NCBI GenBank assembly: GCA_963739455.1
Contig: CAVUAK010000002.1
Coordinates: forward strand, 352,001-416,000
Origin: an uncultured Gemmatimonadales bacterium
GTDB lineage: Bacteria > Gemmatimonadota > Gemmatimonadetes > Gemmatimonadales > GWC2-71-9
Direction of reading: 5' to 3'
Length of the DNA: 64,000 bases
Shown here: in pieces, positions 9,356 through 17,219 of the stretch
Position numbering within the stretch: the first letter of the stretch is position 1
Layout of the letters: each line of letters opens with the position of its first letter
Translations under genes and position numbers: made by a program
Notes under the pieces: generated by a model
Database searches by the model: none
What the model saw: only the letters and a program-made list of their open reading frames with translations
What the model was told of the DNA's origin: nothing

Positions 9356-11659
9356 ATGACTTTGATCAGGGAGTTTCGCCGCCGTACCCTCCTGCTTCTC
9401 TCCCTCGCTGCCATCGCGGGGGTTGCCACAATCTCCGCCTGCAGCAGCGACTCCAACCCGCCAGACGCCGGAAGCCTGGCACTCGCCCTGACTCCGACGA
9501 ACATCAATGTCGCTCAGGGTGGCACGGGCTCATCGGCCGCGTCCATTACGCGCGGCGGTGCGTTTACTGGACCGGTGACCCTGTCAGCAAGTGGTGCCCC
9601 GGCCGGTGTCACGGTGACCTTCAGTCCTGGGCTCATCGCGACCGGCGCCACGTCGGCTGGCATCGGTGTGGCCGTCGATGCGGCGGTGACCGCTGGAGCC
9701 AAGACGATTACCATCAGCGCCGCTGGCACGGGGGTGACCACGGCAACCGCGACACTCACCGTCACGGTGACAACCGCCGCCGCGGGGTCCGTCGTCCTGG
9801 CGCCGAGCCCGGCCACGCTGTCGGCGACGGCCGGCGGAGCCGCGGTGACGTCGGCAATCGGGGTGACACGCACGGCGCCCTTTGCCGGCGCGGTTGACCT
9901 GACCGTGAGCGGAGCTCCCGCCAATGTGACGGCAAGCCTCACTCCCAGCAGCGTGCCGGGTGGGTCCAATTCCTCGACGCTGAGTGTTACTGCTGCTGCT
10001 GGCGCCGTGAACGGCACCTACCCGCTTGTCGTGCGCGGTACAGGCGCCGGCATCGCGGACGCCACCGCCACCATTCCTGTTACCGTGACGGGCGGAGCGG
10101 CCGCCGGTGCGTCCTTCACCTTTGGCACGACCCCGCTGCCGGTAACAGCGGGCGGCGCGAGCAACACCTCGACGGTGACGATCGCGCGCACTGGCACCTT
10201 CGCTCCTAGCGGGGCGCTCAATCTTGCCCTGACCGGAGCACCGGCCGGCCTCACGGCCAGTATTGCCCCGAGCAGCAACGTCACGGCGGCAACTGCGACG
10301 GTGACCGCACAGGCGAGCGCGGCGGTTGCTGCGGGCACCTACAACCTCACCCTCACTGGAACCGGGACCGGAATTCCGAACGCCACAGCGGTTCTGCCTG
10401 TGCAGGTCGCGGGTGGCGGCGGCGGCGGGAACGCGACGTTTACGTGGTGCACCGAAGAAGCTCCCATCTGGGTTGCGTCACAGGACGGCCCCGGCGCCTG
10501 GGGGCAGAGAACGCCAACGAGTGGTTCGACGTACTCGTTCTCGTTCGCGACGGGCAAGGGTGGAGTAGCCTTCGTGCAGGGAAATGCCGTCGACGGCTTC
10601 AGCCTGACCGTCATCTATGCCACACTGGCCGAGTTCTCAGGGGCAGCAGGTGGCGTGGGCGCCGATGGATGCGGAACCAAGACGGTGAATGGAGCAGTGG
10701 CGAGCGTCGGGGCCACCGAGACGGCGGCCATCTACCTCGGATCCGCCAACTCCAACGCGTCCCAGGCAACTCCAAACTTCGTGCTTAGCGATGTACCGGA
10801 TGGGAACCTGAACCTGATGGCGACGCGGACGGCGCTCGGGCAGCTAGCGGCCAATCAGATCATTCTGCGGGCACCCGCGGACCTGGCGAACAACAGCACG
10901 ATTTCGCCTGGGCTCGATTTTGGCACACAGGGGTTCCCGCCGAGCACCGCCTACACCGTCACGGCGAGTAACCTTGGGGCTGACAACGGCATCATCACGA
11001 GTTCCTACCTTGGAAATGGCTCCATCGATGGCGGGATTGGGACGATTGTCGGGTACACCTCCGCATCTGGCGCCGTTACTTACAGCTCGATACCGGCCCC
11101 CCAGACCACTGCGGGTGACCTGCAGGAGTTGCTGGTGTTTGCCGGTGATGCGGGCAACAGCAACGCGGCCAGGTTCGCCGGCCTCTTCTTTCACACGCCC
11201 AGCAACAAGACAATCGCGATGGGCCCTGACCTCGCCACACCCACCGTGAGCAAGGCCGCGACCACCCCTTACCTGCAGCCACGAGCACAACTCGCGCTTC
11301 AGACGGAGTACAACAAGCTGCTGATCGCGGACTATAGTCAGGGCGATCCGGTCGACGTGTCGGCCAGCGTGGCCGCCACAGCAGCCTATTACGGAGCCCC
11401 AGCCGCATGGGACCTGTCGTTGCCCAACCTGTCGACGGTAACGGGCTGGAGCAACACGTGGGGTCTGGTGAACGGCACTCCAACTGACTGGAGCTTGGTG
11501 GCACAGGGCGGAAGCATCTTGCAGATCGGCCCACCGACCGATGGCGGCACCATTCAGTTTGCCGCAGTCTCGAGCGGCTCGACACCACTCACCGTGCGTA
11601 CCAATCAGGCTATGCAGCGCCGGCTGGTCGATCTCTTCAGGCCGCGAGGAAGCCGGTGA
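9356..11659 (+). CDS. Large Thr/Ala/Gly-rich surface lipoprotein with repeated Ig-like beta modules (paralog 1)
   Basis: Signal peptide with lipobox ISAC; three ~95-aa repeats (..TRxxxFxGxVxLxxSGAPAGVTxxxxP..TLTV..GTYxL); C-terminal domain starting CTEEAPIWVASQDG. Confidence 0.75.
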   Translation: MTLIREFRRRTLLLLSLAAIAGVATISACSSDSNPPDAGSLALALTPTNINVAQGGTGSSAASITRGGAFTGPVTLSASGAPAGVTVTFSPGLIATGATSAGIGVAVDAAVTAGAKTITISAAGTGVTTATATLTVTVTTAAAGSVVLAPSPATLSATAGGAAVTSAIGVTRTAPFAGAVDLTVSGAPANVTASLTPSSVPGGSNSSTLSVTAAAGAVNGTYPLVVRGTGAGIADATATIPVTVTGGAAAGASFTFGTTPLPVTAGGASNTSTVTIARTGTFAPSGALNLALTGAPAGLTASIAPSSNVTAATATVTAQASAAVAAGTYNLTLTGTGTGIPNATAVLPVQVAGGGGGGNATFTWCTEEAPIWVASQDGPGAWGQRTPTSGSTYSFSFATGKGGVAFVQGNAVDGFSLTVIYATLAEFSGAAGGVGADGCGTKTVNGAVASVGATETAAIYLGSANSNASQATPNFVLSDVPDGNLNLMATRTALGQLAANQIILRAPADLANNSTISPGLDFGTQGFPPSTAYTVTASNLGADNGIITSSYLGNGSIDGGIGTIVGYTSASGAVTYSSIPAPQTTAGDLQELLVFAGDAGNSNAARFAGLFFHTPSNKTIAMGPDLATPTVSKAATTPYLQPRAQLALQTEYNKLLIADYSQGDPVDVSASVAATAAYYGAPAAWDLSLPNLSTVTGWSNTWGLVNGTPTDWSLVAQGGSILQIGPPTDGGTIQFAAVSSGSTPLTVRTNQAMQRRLVDLFRPRGSR

Positions 11660-11710
11660 ACCAGGCGTGGCAGGGCAGTACTTGAGTACAGATTGAACGA
11701 GGTTGACGGA

Positions 11711-11754
11711 GAGGGCGTGAGGTGGCTTCGGCCACTTCACGCCCTCGTCGTTTT
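11711..11754 (+). terminator. Intrinsic terminator
   Basis: GAGGGCGTGAGGTGGC-TTCG-GCCACTTCACGCCCTC followed by GTCGTTTT. Confidence 0.75.
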
Positions 11755-11789
11755 CGAAGCGCAAGGTCGCATCGTTCGTCCTCCGCCTC

Positions 11790-11890
11790 TTGCGCGCTCC
11801 CCGCTCCCGGGTAGTCTAGGATCGGGGGCCCGATCTGCGATCCCGCACGACCGGCACTCCCGACGCGCATCATCGCACCGAGGGAGTCTC
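11790..11890 (+). promoter_or_regulatory. Putative sigma70 promoter (TTGCGC-16-TAGTCT) plus conserved structured leader, copy 2
   Basis: -35 at 11790-11795, -10 at 11812-11817; leader highly similar to 9277-9355; SD GGGAG at 11882. Confidence 0.6.
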
Positions 11891-14212
11891 ATGCCTGAAG
11901 TCCGGTCTTCAGTCGTCATCCGCTCACGCAGCTCGCTCGTTGTTGCAACCTTCGCGGTGGTGGGAGGCATCTACCTCTCCGCATGTGCTGGCGAACCACT
12001 GCCCGATACCGGCACCGTATCGGTGGCCCTCGCACCGGCGAGCGTCAACGTGCCACAGGACGGCTCCGGCAACAGTGCCCTGACGGTTCAGCGGGGCGGT
12101 GCGTTCACCGGGCCAGTGACGCTGACGCAAACCGGCGCCCCAGCCGGTGTCACCGTGGCATTCACGCCTTCTGTTGTTCCAGCTGGCGCAACCGCGAGCA
12201 CCGTGACCATCACAGTCGGCGCCACCGTCGCGGCCGGCACTTATCCGGTCAGCATCAGGGCCACGGGCGACAACGTCCCCGCGGCCCTCGCAAACCTTGC
12301 CGTCGTTGTCACTGGTGGTGCGGCCGGCTCGATCACCCTGACGGCTGCACCCACCACGCTCACGGTTCCGGTTGGCGCAGCCGCCGTGACCTCCGTGATC
12401 ACGATCGCGCGAACCGCGCCCTTCGCCGGGGCCGTCGCCCTGACGGTGACAGGTCAGCCGGCAGGCGTGACCGCAACCCTGACTCCCACGAGCGTCACGG
12501 GAACCACCTCGACGCTGAGTGTTCAGTCGGCAACCGGTGCCGTGAACGGCGCGTATCCGCTCGTGATCCACGGAGCAGGTACCGGCATTGCCCCGGCCTC
12601 GGTGACAGTCACCGTGACAGTCACTGGGGGAGCGACAAGTGGCGTCTGGTTCACGTTCACTCCATCCTCTATTCCGGTGACGGTTGGCGGCGGAAGCGCC
12701 ACGTCCGCAGTTCTCATCACGCGCACCAGCTTCCTCGGAGGCATAAACCTCACGATCAGCGGTGCCCCGACAGGCATGAGCGCGAGCGTCAACCCCAACA
12801 ACAACGTCGCCGGGACCGCCGCCACCGTGAGTGTGCAGGCGGGCGCCGCCGTCGCACCAGGCACGTACAACCTGACACTCACTGGAACGGGCGCCGGTAT
12901 ACCGGACGCTACCGGTATCCTGCCGGTCGTGGTGTCACCGGCCAGCGGCGGGGGGAGTGCCACGGTCACCTTCTGCACTGAGGATGCGCCGCTCTGGGTG
13001 GCGTCGCAGGATGGCAACGGTGCCTGGACCCGAGTCGATCCCACGACCGCGGGTGGCACCACGTACCAGTTCACGTTCGCCACGGGCAAGGGCGGGATTG
13101 CGACGGTGCAGTCCGATGCCTCCGGCACAGACCTTAGCGTCCTCTATGCCACACTGGCCGATTTCACCGCCTTCGCCAGTACCGTGAACAACAACGCTTG
13201 CGAATCAAACAAGGCGGTGAACGGATCGGTTTCCGGCGTCGGGGCAACCGAGGCCGCAATTGTCGACCTCGGCGGCAGCTCGGTACGCGTCGATCCCCCC
13301 GCCACTGGTTTCGCGCTTTCAAACGTACCTGGTGGAGTGCGGAACCTGGTGGCGACGCGGATCGACGGCAGCACGGATGCCGTCAACTGGATCATCATAC
13401 GCAGGGGCCTCAACCCCGCCGATCGCGATATACTTCCAACACTGACCTTCGGCACCGAGGGATCCCCGACCGTCTCCGCCAACGTCAGCGTGACCAATCT
13501 CGGCGCTGACGCCGCGACCGTGGGCTCGGTCTTTACCGGTGTGCGGGGCTCATCGTTCGTATTCCTCAGCACCATCGAGAACATTGTGGCAGCCTCGCCA
13601 GCGCAGCTGTACACCGCGATCCCGACGGCCCAGCTCAATGCCGGTGAATTGCAGGAAGTGGTGGCCCTGTCCTCAGCTGCGGGCAACCCGAATAGTGATC
13701 GTTCGGCGGGAGTGTACTTCACGAACGTTGTGGACCGGACCATTGCCCTCGGGCCGAACCTCAGCATTCCCACCGTGACGAAGACGGTGACGGGTGGCAT
13801 TGCTCGGCCGAACGTACAACTGCCAAGCCAGGCAGAGTACGATCGCTATCTCAGCGCTACCTACACGCAGGGCGCCAGCCAATCAGCGAATGTCTTCGCG
13901 ACCGCGTCGTACTACGGCGCCCTCCCCACGACCTGGGATGTGAGCCTGCCAGACCTCTCGACTGTGCCGGGATGGACCGCTTCGTGGGGGCTGCAGGACG
14001 GTACGCCGATCGACTGGGATGTCTCGGCACAGGGTGGTGCGATCACCTTCCTCGACCCGACCATCAGCGACGGAAGCCCCACACGGGGCGCGACGGTCCG
14101 CAGTTCCGCATCATTAGCGCTGCGGGGCGTTCCCGGAGGCACGGACCTGCTGATGCTGCGGCGCCGCCTGATGGAAGTTTTCACGGACAGGCACAGCGAC
14201 CCACTGCACTAG
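11891..14212 (+). CDS. Large Thr/Ala/Gly-rich surface lipoprotein with repeated Ig-like beta modules (paralog 2)
   Basis: Lipobox LSAC; colinear with paralog 1 (RGGAFTGPVTL, RTAPFAGAV, GTYNLTLTGTG, CTEDAPLWVASQDG, DWDVSAQGG). Confidence 0.75.
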   Translation: MPEVRSSVVIRSRSSLVVATFAVVGGIYLSACAGEPLPDTGTVSVALAPASVNVPQDGSGNSALTVQRGGAFTGPVTLTQTGAPAGVTVAFTPSVVPAGATASTVTITVGATVAAGTYPVSIRATGDNVPAALANLAVVVTGGAAGSITLTAAPTTLTVPVGAAAVTSVITIARTAPFAGAVALTVTGQPAGVTATLTPTSVTGTTSTLSVQSATGAVNGAYPLVIHGAGTGIAPASVTVTVTVTGGATSGVWFTFTPSSIPVTVGGGSATSAVLITRTSFLGGINLTISGAPTGMSASVNPNNNVAGTAATVSVQAGAAVAPGTYNLTLTGTGAGIPDATGILPVVVSPASGGGSATVTFCTEDAPLWVASQDGNGAWTRVDPTTAGGTTYQFTFATGKGGIATVQSDASGTDLSVLYATLADFTAFASTVNNNACESNKAVNGSVSGVGATEAAIVDLGGSSVRVDPPATGFALSNVPGGVRNLVATRIDGSTDAVNWIIIRRGLNPADRDILPTLTFGTEGSPTVSANVSVTNLGADAATVGSVFTGVRGSSFVFLSTIENIVAASPAQLYTAIPTAQLNAGELQEVVALSSAAGNPNSDRSAGVYFTNVVDRTIALGPNLSIPTVTKTVTGGIARPNVQLPSQAEYDRYLSATYTQGASQSANVFATASYYGALPTTWDVSLPDLSTVPGWTASWGLQDGTPIDWDVSAQGGAITFLDPTISDGSPTRGATVRSSASLALRGVPGGTDLLMLRRRLMEVFTDRHSDPLH

Positions 14213-14249
14213 GTCCGGTGGACGTGCAGGTGAGGGAGCGTGCGCAGCG

Positions 14250-15077
14250 TCAGGCTGGCGCCGCCTCAAACACGTAGCTCACATAGCCGAACTCTCGCTC
14301 GCCGTTGGCGGCCCAGCGCCGGACGTGCGCTGGCGCCACCACCCGTCGCGTCCCGTCGTCGAGCAGGGATGTCGCCTCATAACCGTGGCGCCAGAACACC
14401 TCGAACGTTGGTTCGAAATCAGGGTTGAGTCCTGCGGGATGATGCTCGGTGAGGCAGATCTCCAGCAACCACACCGGCCTCGGCTTCCGCTGCAGCACCT
14501 CGGTCGCACCTCGCAGGACCCCGAGCTCGGCGCCTTCAACATCGACCTTGATGAGCAGGGGCTGACCGCTGAAGCGATGGCCCATGACGGCATCAAGCGT
14601 CGTCAGGGGAATCGACCGCCCACTGGCCGCCGCTGCACCGGCCCATTCGGGCAGCAGGGACGCTCCGGTTCCACCACCATGCAGCGTGGCGATCCCGTAT
14701 CGATCCGCCAGTCCCGCTGGCACCACCTCGACATCGCTCCAGCCATTTGCCATCAAGTTGAAGAGGAGGCACTCCACATTGTCGCGCGATGCCTCGACGG
14801 CGATGACGCGCGCGCCTGCCTTCCGTGCCAGGCATGTGTAGAAACCGATATTGGCTCCGATATCGACGAAAACGGCAGCGCGTGCAAGCTGCGCCTCGAT
14901 GAACCGGGTCTCCGCTGGCTCGAATCCCGCGGAGCTCATCACCTTGTTGCCCGCCAGGCGGAAACCGTGAGGGGTGTCGCGAAGGGCTGCCGGGCCGCAA
15001 CGCCGCTGGGCGCGGACGGTGGACCGGGCCAGGGCGTAGCTGGAGAGCCAACTGGAGAGGAAGTTCGCGATGCCCAC
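14250..15077 (-). CDS. FkbM-family SAM-dependent methyltransferase
   Basis: FVDIGANIGFY, LIKVDVEGAELGVLRGA. Confidence 0.9.
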   Translation of the reverse strand: MGIANFLSSWLSSYALARSTVRAQRRCGPAALRDTPHGFRLAGNKVMSSAGFEPAETRFIEAQLARAAVFVDIGANIGFYTCLARKAGARVIAVEASRDNVECLLFNLMANGWSDVEVVPAGLADRYGIATLHGGGTGASLLPEWAGAAAASGRSIPLTTLDAVMGHRFSGQPLLIKVDVEGAELGVLRGATEVLQRKPRPVWLLEICLTEHHPAGLNPDFEPTFEVFWRHGYEATSLLDDGTRRVVAPAHVRRWAANGEREFGYVSYVFEAAPA

Positions 15078-15125
15078 GAGGCTGCCGGCCTCCGGTGCCT
15101 GCGATATGATTCAACTTGCCGCCAA

Positions 15126-15199
15126 TGGGCCCTGTTGGATTCGAACCAACGACCTACGGATTATGAGTCCGCTGCTCTAACCGACTGAGCTAAGGGCCC
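15126..15199 (-). tRNA. tRNA with CAT anticodon, most likely tRNA-Ile2 (lysidine type)
   Basis: Minus strand GGGCCCTTAGCTCAGTCGGTTAGAGCAGCGGACTCATAATCCGTAGGTCGTTGGTTCGAATCCAACAGGGCCCA; paired G1-C72 and no GGG/CCC anticodon stem, so not fMet; resembles Ile2 sequences. Confidence 0.92.
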
Positions 15200-15200
15200 G
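15161..15200. repeat. att direct repeat, left copy (5' half of the intact tRNA)
   Basis: TTATGAGTCCGCTGCTCTAACCGACTGAGCTAAGGGCCCG, identical to 26044-26083. Confidence 0.97.
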
Positions 15201-15211
15201 AACGTTCTGCC

Positions 15212-15240
15212 ACAATAACTTAGCGTTCACCCGGCTTCAA
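15212..15240 (-). promoter_or_regulatory. Element-borne sigma70-type promoter for the restored tRNA (TTGAAG-17-TATTGT)
   Basis: Minus strand ttgaag ccgggtgaacgctaagt tattgt ggcagaacgttc, then tRNA G1. Confidence 0.65.
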
Positions 15241-16495
15241 CGTCGGCCCCTTCCCGGTGGCTCCCGGTGGCATCGGGACGGAGGAACGCCCGCAGGGTGT
15301 CGTCCCCTTCCTCAGTCGCGTGCGTGTAGACCTCAAGCGTAATCTTCGTATTGCTGTGCCCGGCTGCGCGGCTCACCGCCGAGATCGGCATGCCCGCCGT
15401 CACCCAGTCGGAGATCACCCGGTGCCGCAGATCGTACATGCGGACTTCCTTCCGTACGCCCGTCGCCTTCTTCGCCCGCTCGAAACGCTTCACCAGCGCG
15501 TCGTACGTCATCAGCCTGCCGTCCTCCCCGGGGAACAGCAGCCCCGGCGTCCAGCCTGCGCGCTCCTCGGGCGTGGCCGTCAACTCCATGCGCTCGCGCC
15601 GTCCTGCCGCTCGCTGCAGCGCCTCGGCCACCGCCGCCGGGATCGGCAGCGTGCGTCGGCCTGCCCGCGTCTTGGGCGTCTTGAGCACCGCCGCCTGTCC
15701 GCGCACCCACTGCGCCGCGTGCGTCACCTGCAGCGTGTCCGCACTGAGCAGATTCTCCCGGCGCAGCGCCGCCGCCTCACCCGGGCGCATCGGCAGGTAG
15801 CACTGCAGCGTGATGATCGGGCCGATCACATCGTCCGTCTCCGCCCACGCCTTCAGCTTGGTCAACTCCTCCGTCGTCGGGATCGTGAGCGTGTGCTCGC
15901 GCCGCTCCACCTGCGGGAGCGTAACCTTCCCGCCCTTTCGCCCGCTGAGGAACGGGTGCAGCAGCGTGAGGTCCATGCGAATGAAGTACGTGAACGCCTG
16001 CCGGATCGTCGTGTGGAGCTTGAGCGCCTGTTTCCCCGTGCTCGCCCGTTCGACGCGGCTCAAGAGATCCTGCGCGTCCGCCGGGCGAATCTCGCGGACC
16101 TCGCGGCGCGCCAGTCGGTCGCAGTCGCCGTAGGTGAACGCGGGGAGCGGCGTCGTCCCGTCGCGGAGCGCGGTGGCGATGTCCTTCGGGATCAGTTTCC
16201 ACTGCGCGAGCCGCGTGACGTCGTCGTAGAACGTGCGGGCGCTCGCGGTGCTCTGGTGCATCTGCAGCCACTGCACCAGCGACGGCCCGAGCCGCCCCTT
16301 CTTCACGCGGGTCAGTGTGCCGTGTTCCTGCGCGATGGAGCCTTGCACCCGATCGCGTTCCGCCTGTGCCTTCGTGTCACGCACCGGCCCGAGCTTGATG
16401 ATGCTCCCGGCGATCTGGATGCGCGCCTGCCAGCGCATGCCGTCCTTGGACGGACGCGGCTCGACCCAGCCTTCCCCCCGCTTCGCTTTTGCCAT
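15227..16495 (-). CDS. Tyrosine recombinase/integrase
   Basis: MRPGEAAAL (R), KTPKT (K), YDLRH, AGHSNTKITLEVYTH (H,Y); N-terminal arm-binding-like segment; adjacent to att. Confidence 0.95.
   Translation of the reverse strand: MAKAKRGEGWVEPRPSKDGMRWQARIQIAGSIIKLGPVRDTKAQAERDRVQGSIAQEHGTLTRVKKGRLGPSLVQWLQMHQSTASARTFYDDVTRLAQWKLIPKDIATALRDGTTPLPAFTYGDCDRLARREVREIRPADAQDLLSRVERASTGKQALKLHTTIRQAFTYFIRMDLTLLHPFLSGRKGGKVTLPQVERREHTLTIPTTEELTKLKAWAETDDVIGPIITLQCYLPMRPGEAAALRRENLLSADTLQVTHAAQWVRGQAAVLKTPKTRAGRRTLPIPAAVAEALQRAAGRRERMELTATPEERAGWTPGLLFPGEDGRLMTYDALVKRFERAKKATGVRKEVRMYDLRHRVISDWVTAGMPISAVSRAAGHSNTKITLEVYTHATEEGDDTLRAFLRPDATGSHREGADVEAG
15252..15271. repeat. Tandem 10-bp repeat TCCCGGTGGC x2 (candidate integrase arm-type sites)
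   Basis: Read directly; related pair at 25901-25920. Confidence 0.6.
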
Positions 16496-16531
16496 CGTGA
16501 TTCTCCGTGTGGTGGTTGGTCCTCGCCGGGG

Positions 16532-16708
16532 TCAGAACCCGGCGTCCTGCATGTCCTGCCGTACGTCCTCCGGTAACTCGTCTCGCGTGCGCGCCTGCTG
16601 CAGCGCCCGGCGGATCGCTTGCTGCTCCGCGATCGGTCGCCAGCTGAACGGCTCGCTGTTCACGTACCGGGCGGCTGCCCGGCTGAACGCGGCGTGGTCC
16701 TCCTCCAT
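16532..16708 (-). CDS. Small hypothetical protein (58 aa) upstream of integrase
   Basis: Strong SD GAGGAGG before ATG; MEEDHAAFSRAAARYVNSEPFSW... Confidence 0.6.
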   Translation of the reverse strand: MEEDHAAFSRAAARYVNSEPFSWRPIAEQQAIRRALQQARTRDELPEDVRQDMQDAGF

Positions 16709-16881
16709 CTCGCCTCCTCGTGTGGGGGCGCTTGAAGGAATCGACCGAGGGGACTGCACAGCAAAGGGCCGAGCCTCCGTAGCCCTCCGCCCGCCGCCCG
16801 GCTCCCCTATGGCAGCGCGGTCCTTCGGTGGCCCCCGTCTCCGCTGCTCTCCCGAGGGACCACTGCGCACCGCTCGGCCTC

Positions 16882-16910
16882 TTGATCGAACGCAGCGGTG
16901 CCGGTATGAT
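16882..16910 (+). promoter_or_regulatory. sigma70 promoter TTGATC-17-TATGAT
   Basis: Near-consensus hexamers with a 17-bp spacer in an intergenic region. Confidence 0.7.
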
Positions 16911-16915
16911 TGCGT

Positions 16916-16997
16916 TGAGTCTCGCCTCCAAGCGGCTCATGTGAAGAAAAGGTTTTGCCAGCCCTCGGCGCGTCCACGCCGAGGGTTTGGCGTTTCT
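16916..16997 (+). ncRNA. Candidate ~80-nt sRNA (5' hairpin with CCUCC loop region plus terminator hairpin)
   Basis: Follows the promoter; TGAGTC..GGCTCA stem; GCCAGCCCTCGGCG-cgtcca-CGCCGAGGGTTTGGC-GTTTCT terminator-like hairpin. Confidence 0.5.
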
Positions 16998-17219
16998 GGC
17001 TCTGGCTTTTCTCACCGCCGTGCCCGCTTCACGGCTGGACGCGAACACCCGTGTCAAGGTCCGCCAATTGGCGGACCTCACTTCCGCAGCGGCTGGTACT
17101 TCCCGCTGCTCGCCGCCTCGGCACTCCGCATAGGGCGATCGTCCTACCCGTTTGCAAATCCTGGGACGGCGGTTATACGTCCGGGCCTCGCTGCGATTCC
17201 TTCTCGACACGAGGTGCCT

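Noticed and set aside
15126..15199. Initiator tRNA-fMet call
   Set aside because: Lacks the C1-A72 mismatch and the three G-C anticodon-stem pairs; elongator Met is not fully excluded, but the sequence resembles Ile2
16233..17219. 593-aa protease with a long N-terminal extension
   Set aside because: The extension overlaps the integrase antisense and crosses a promoter and terminator; composition is non-protein-like; a start at 17214/17220 has an SD
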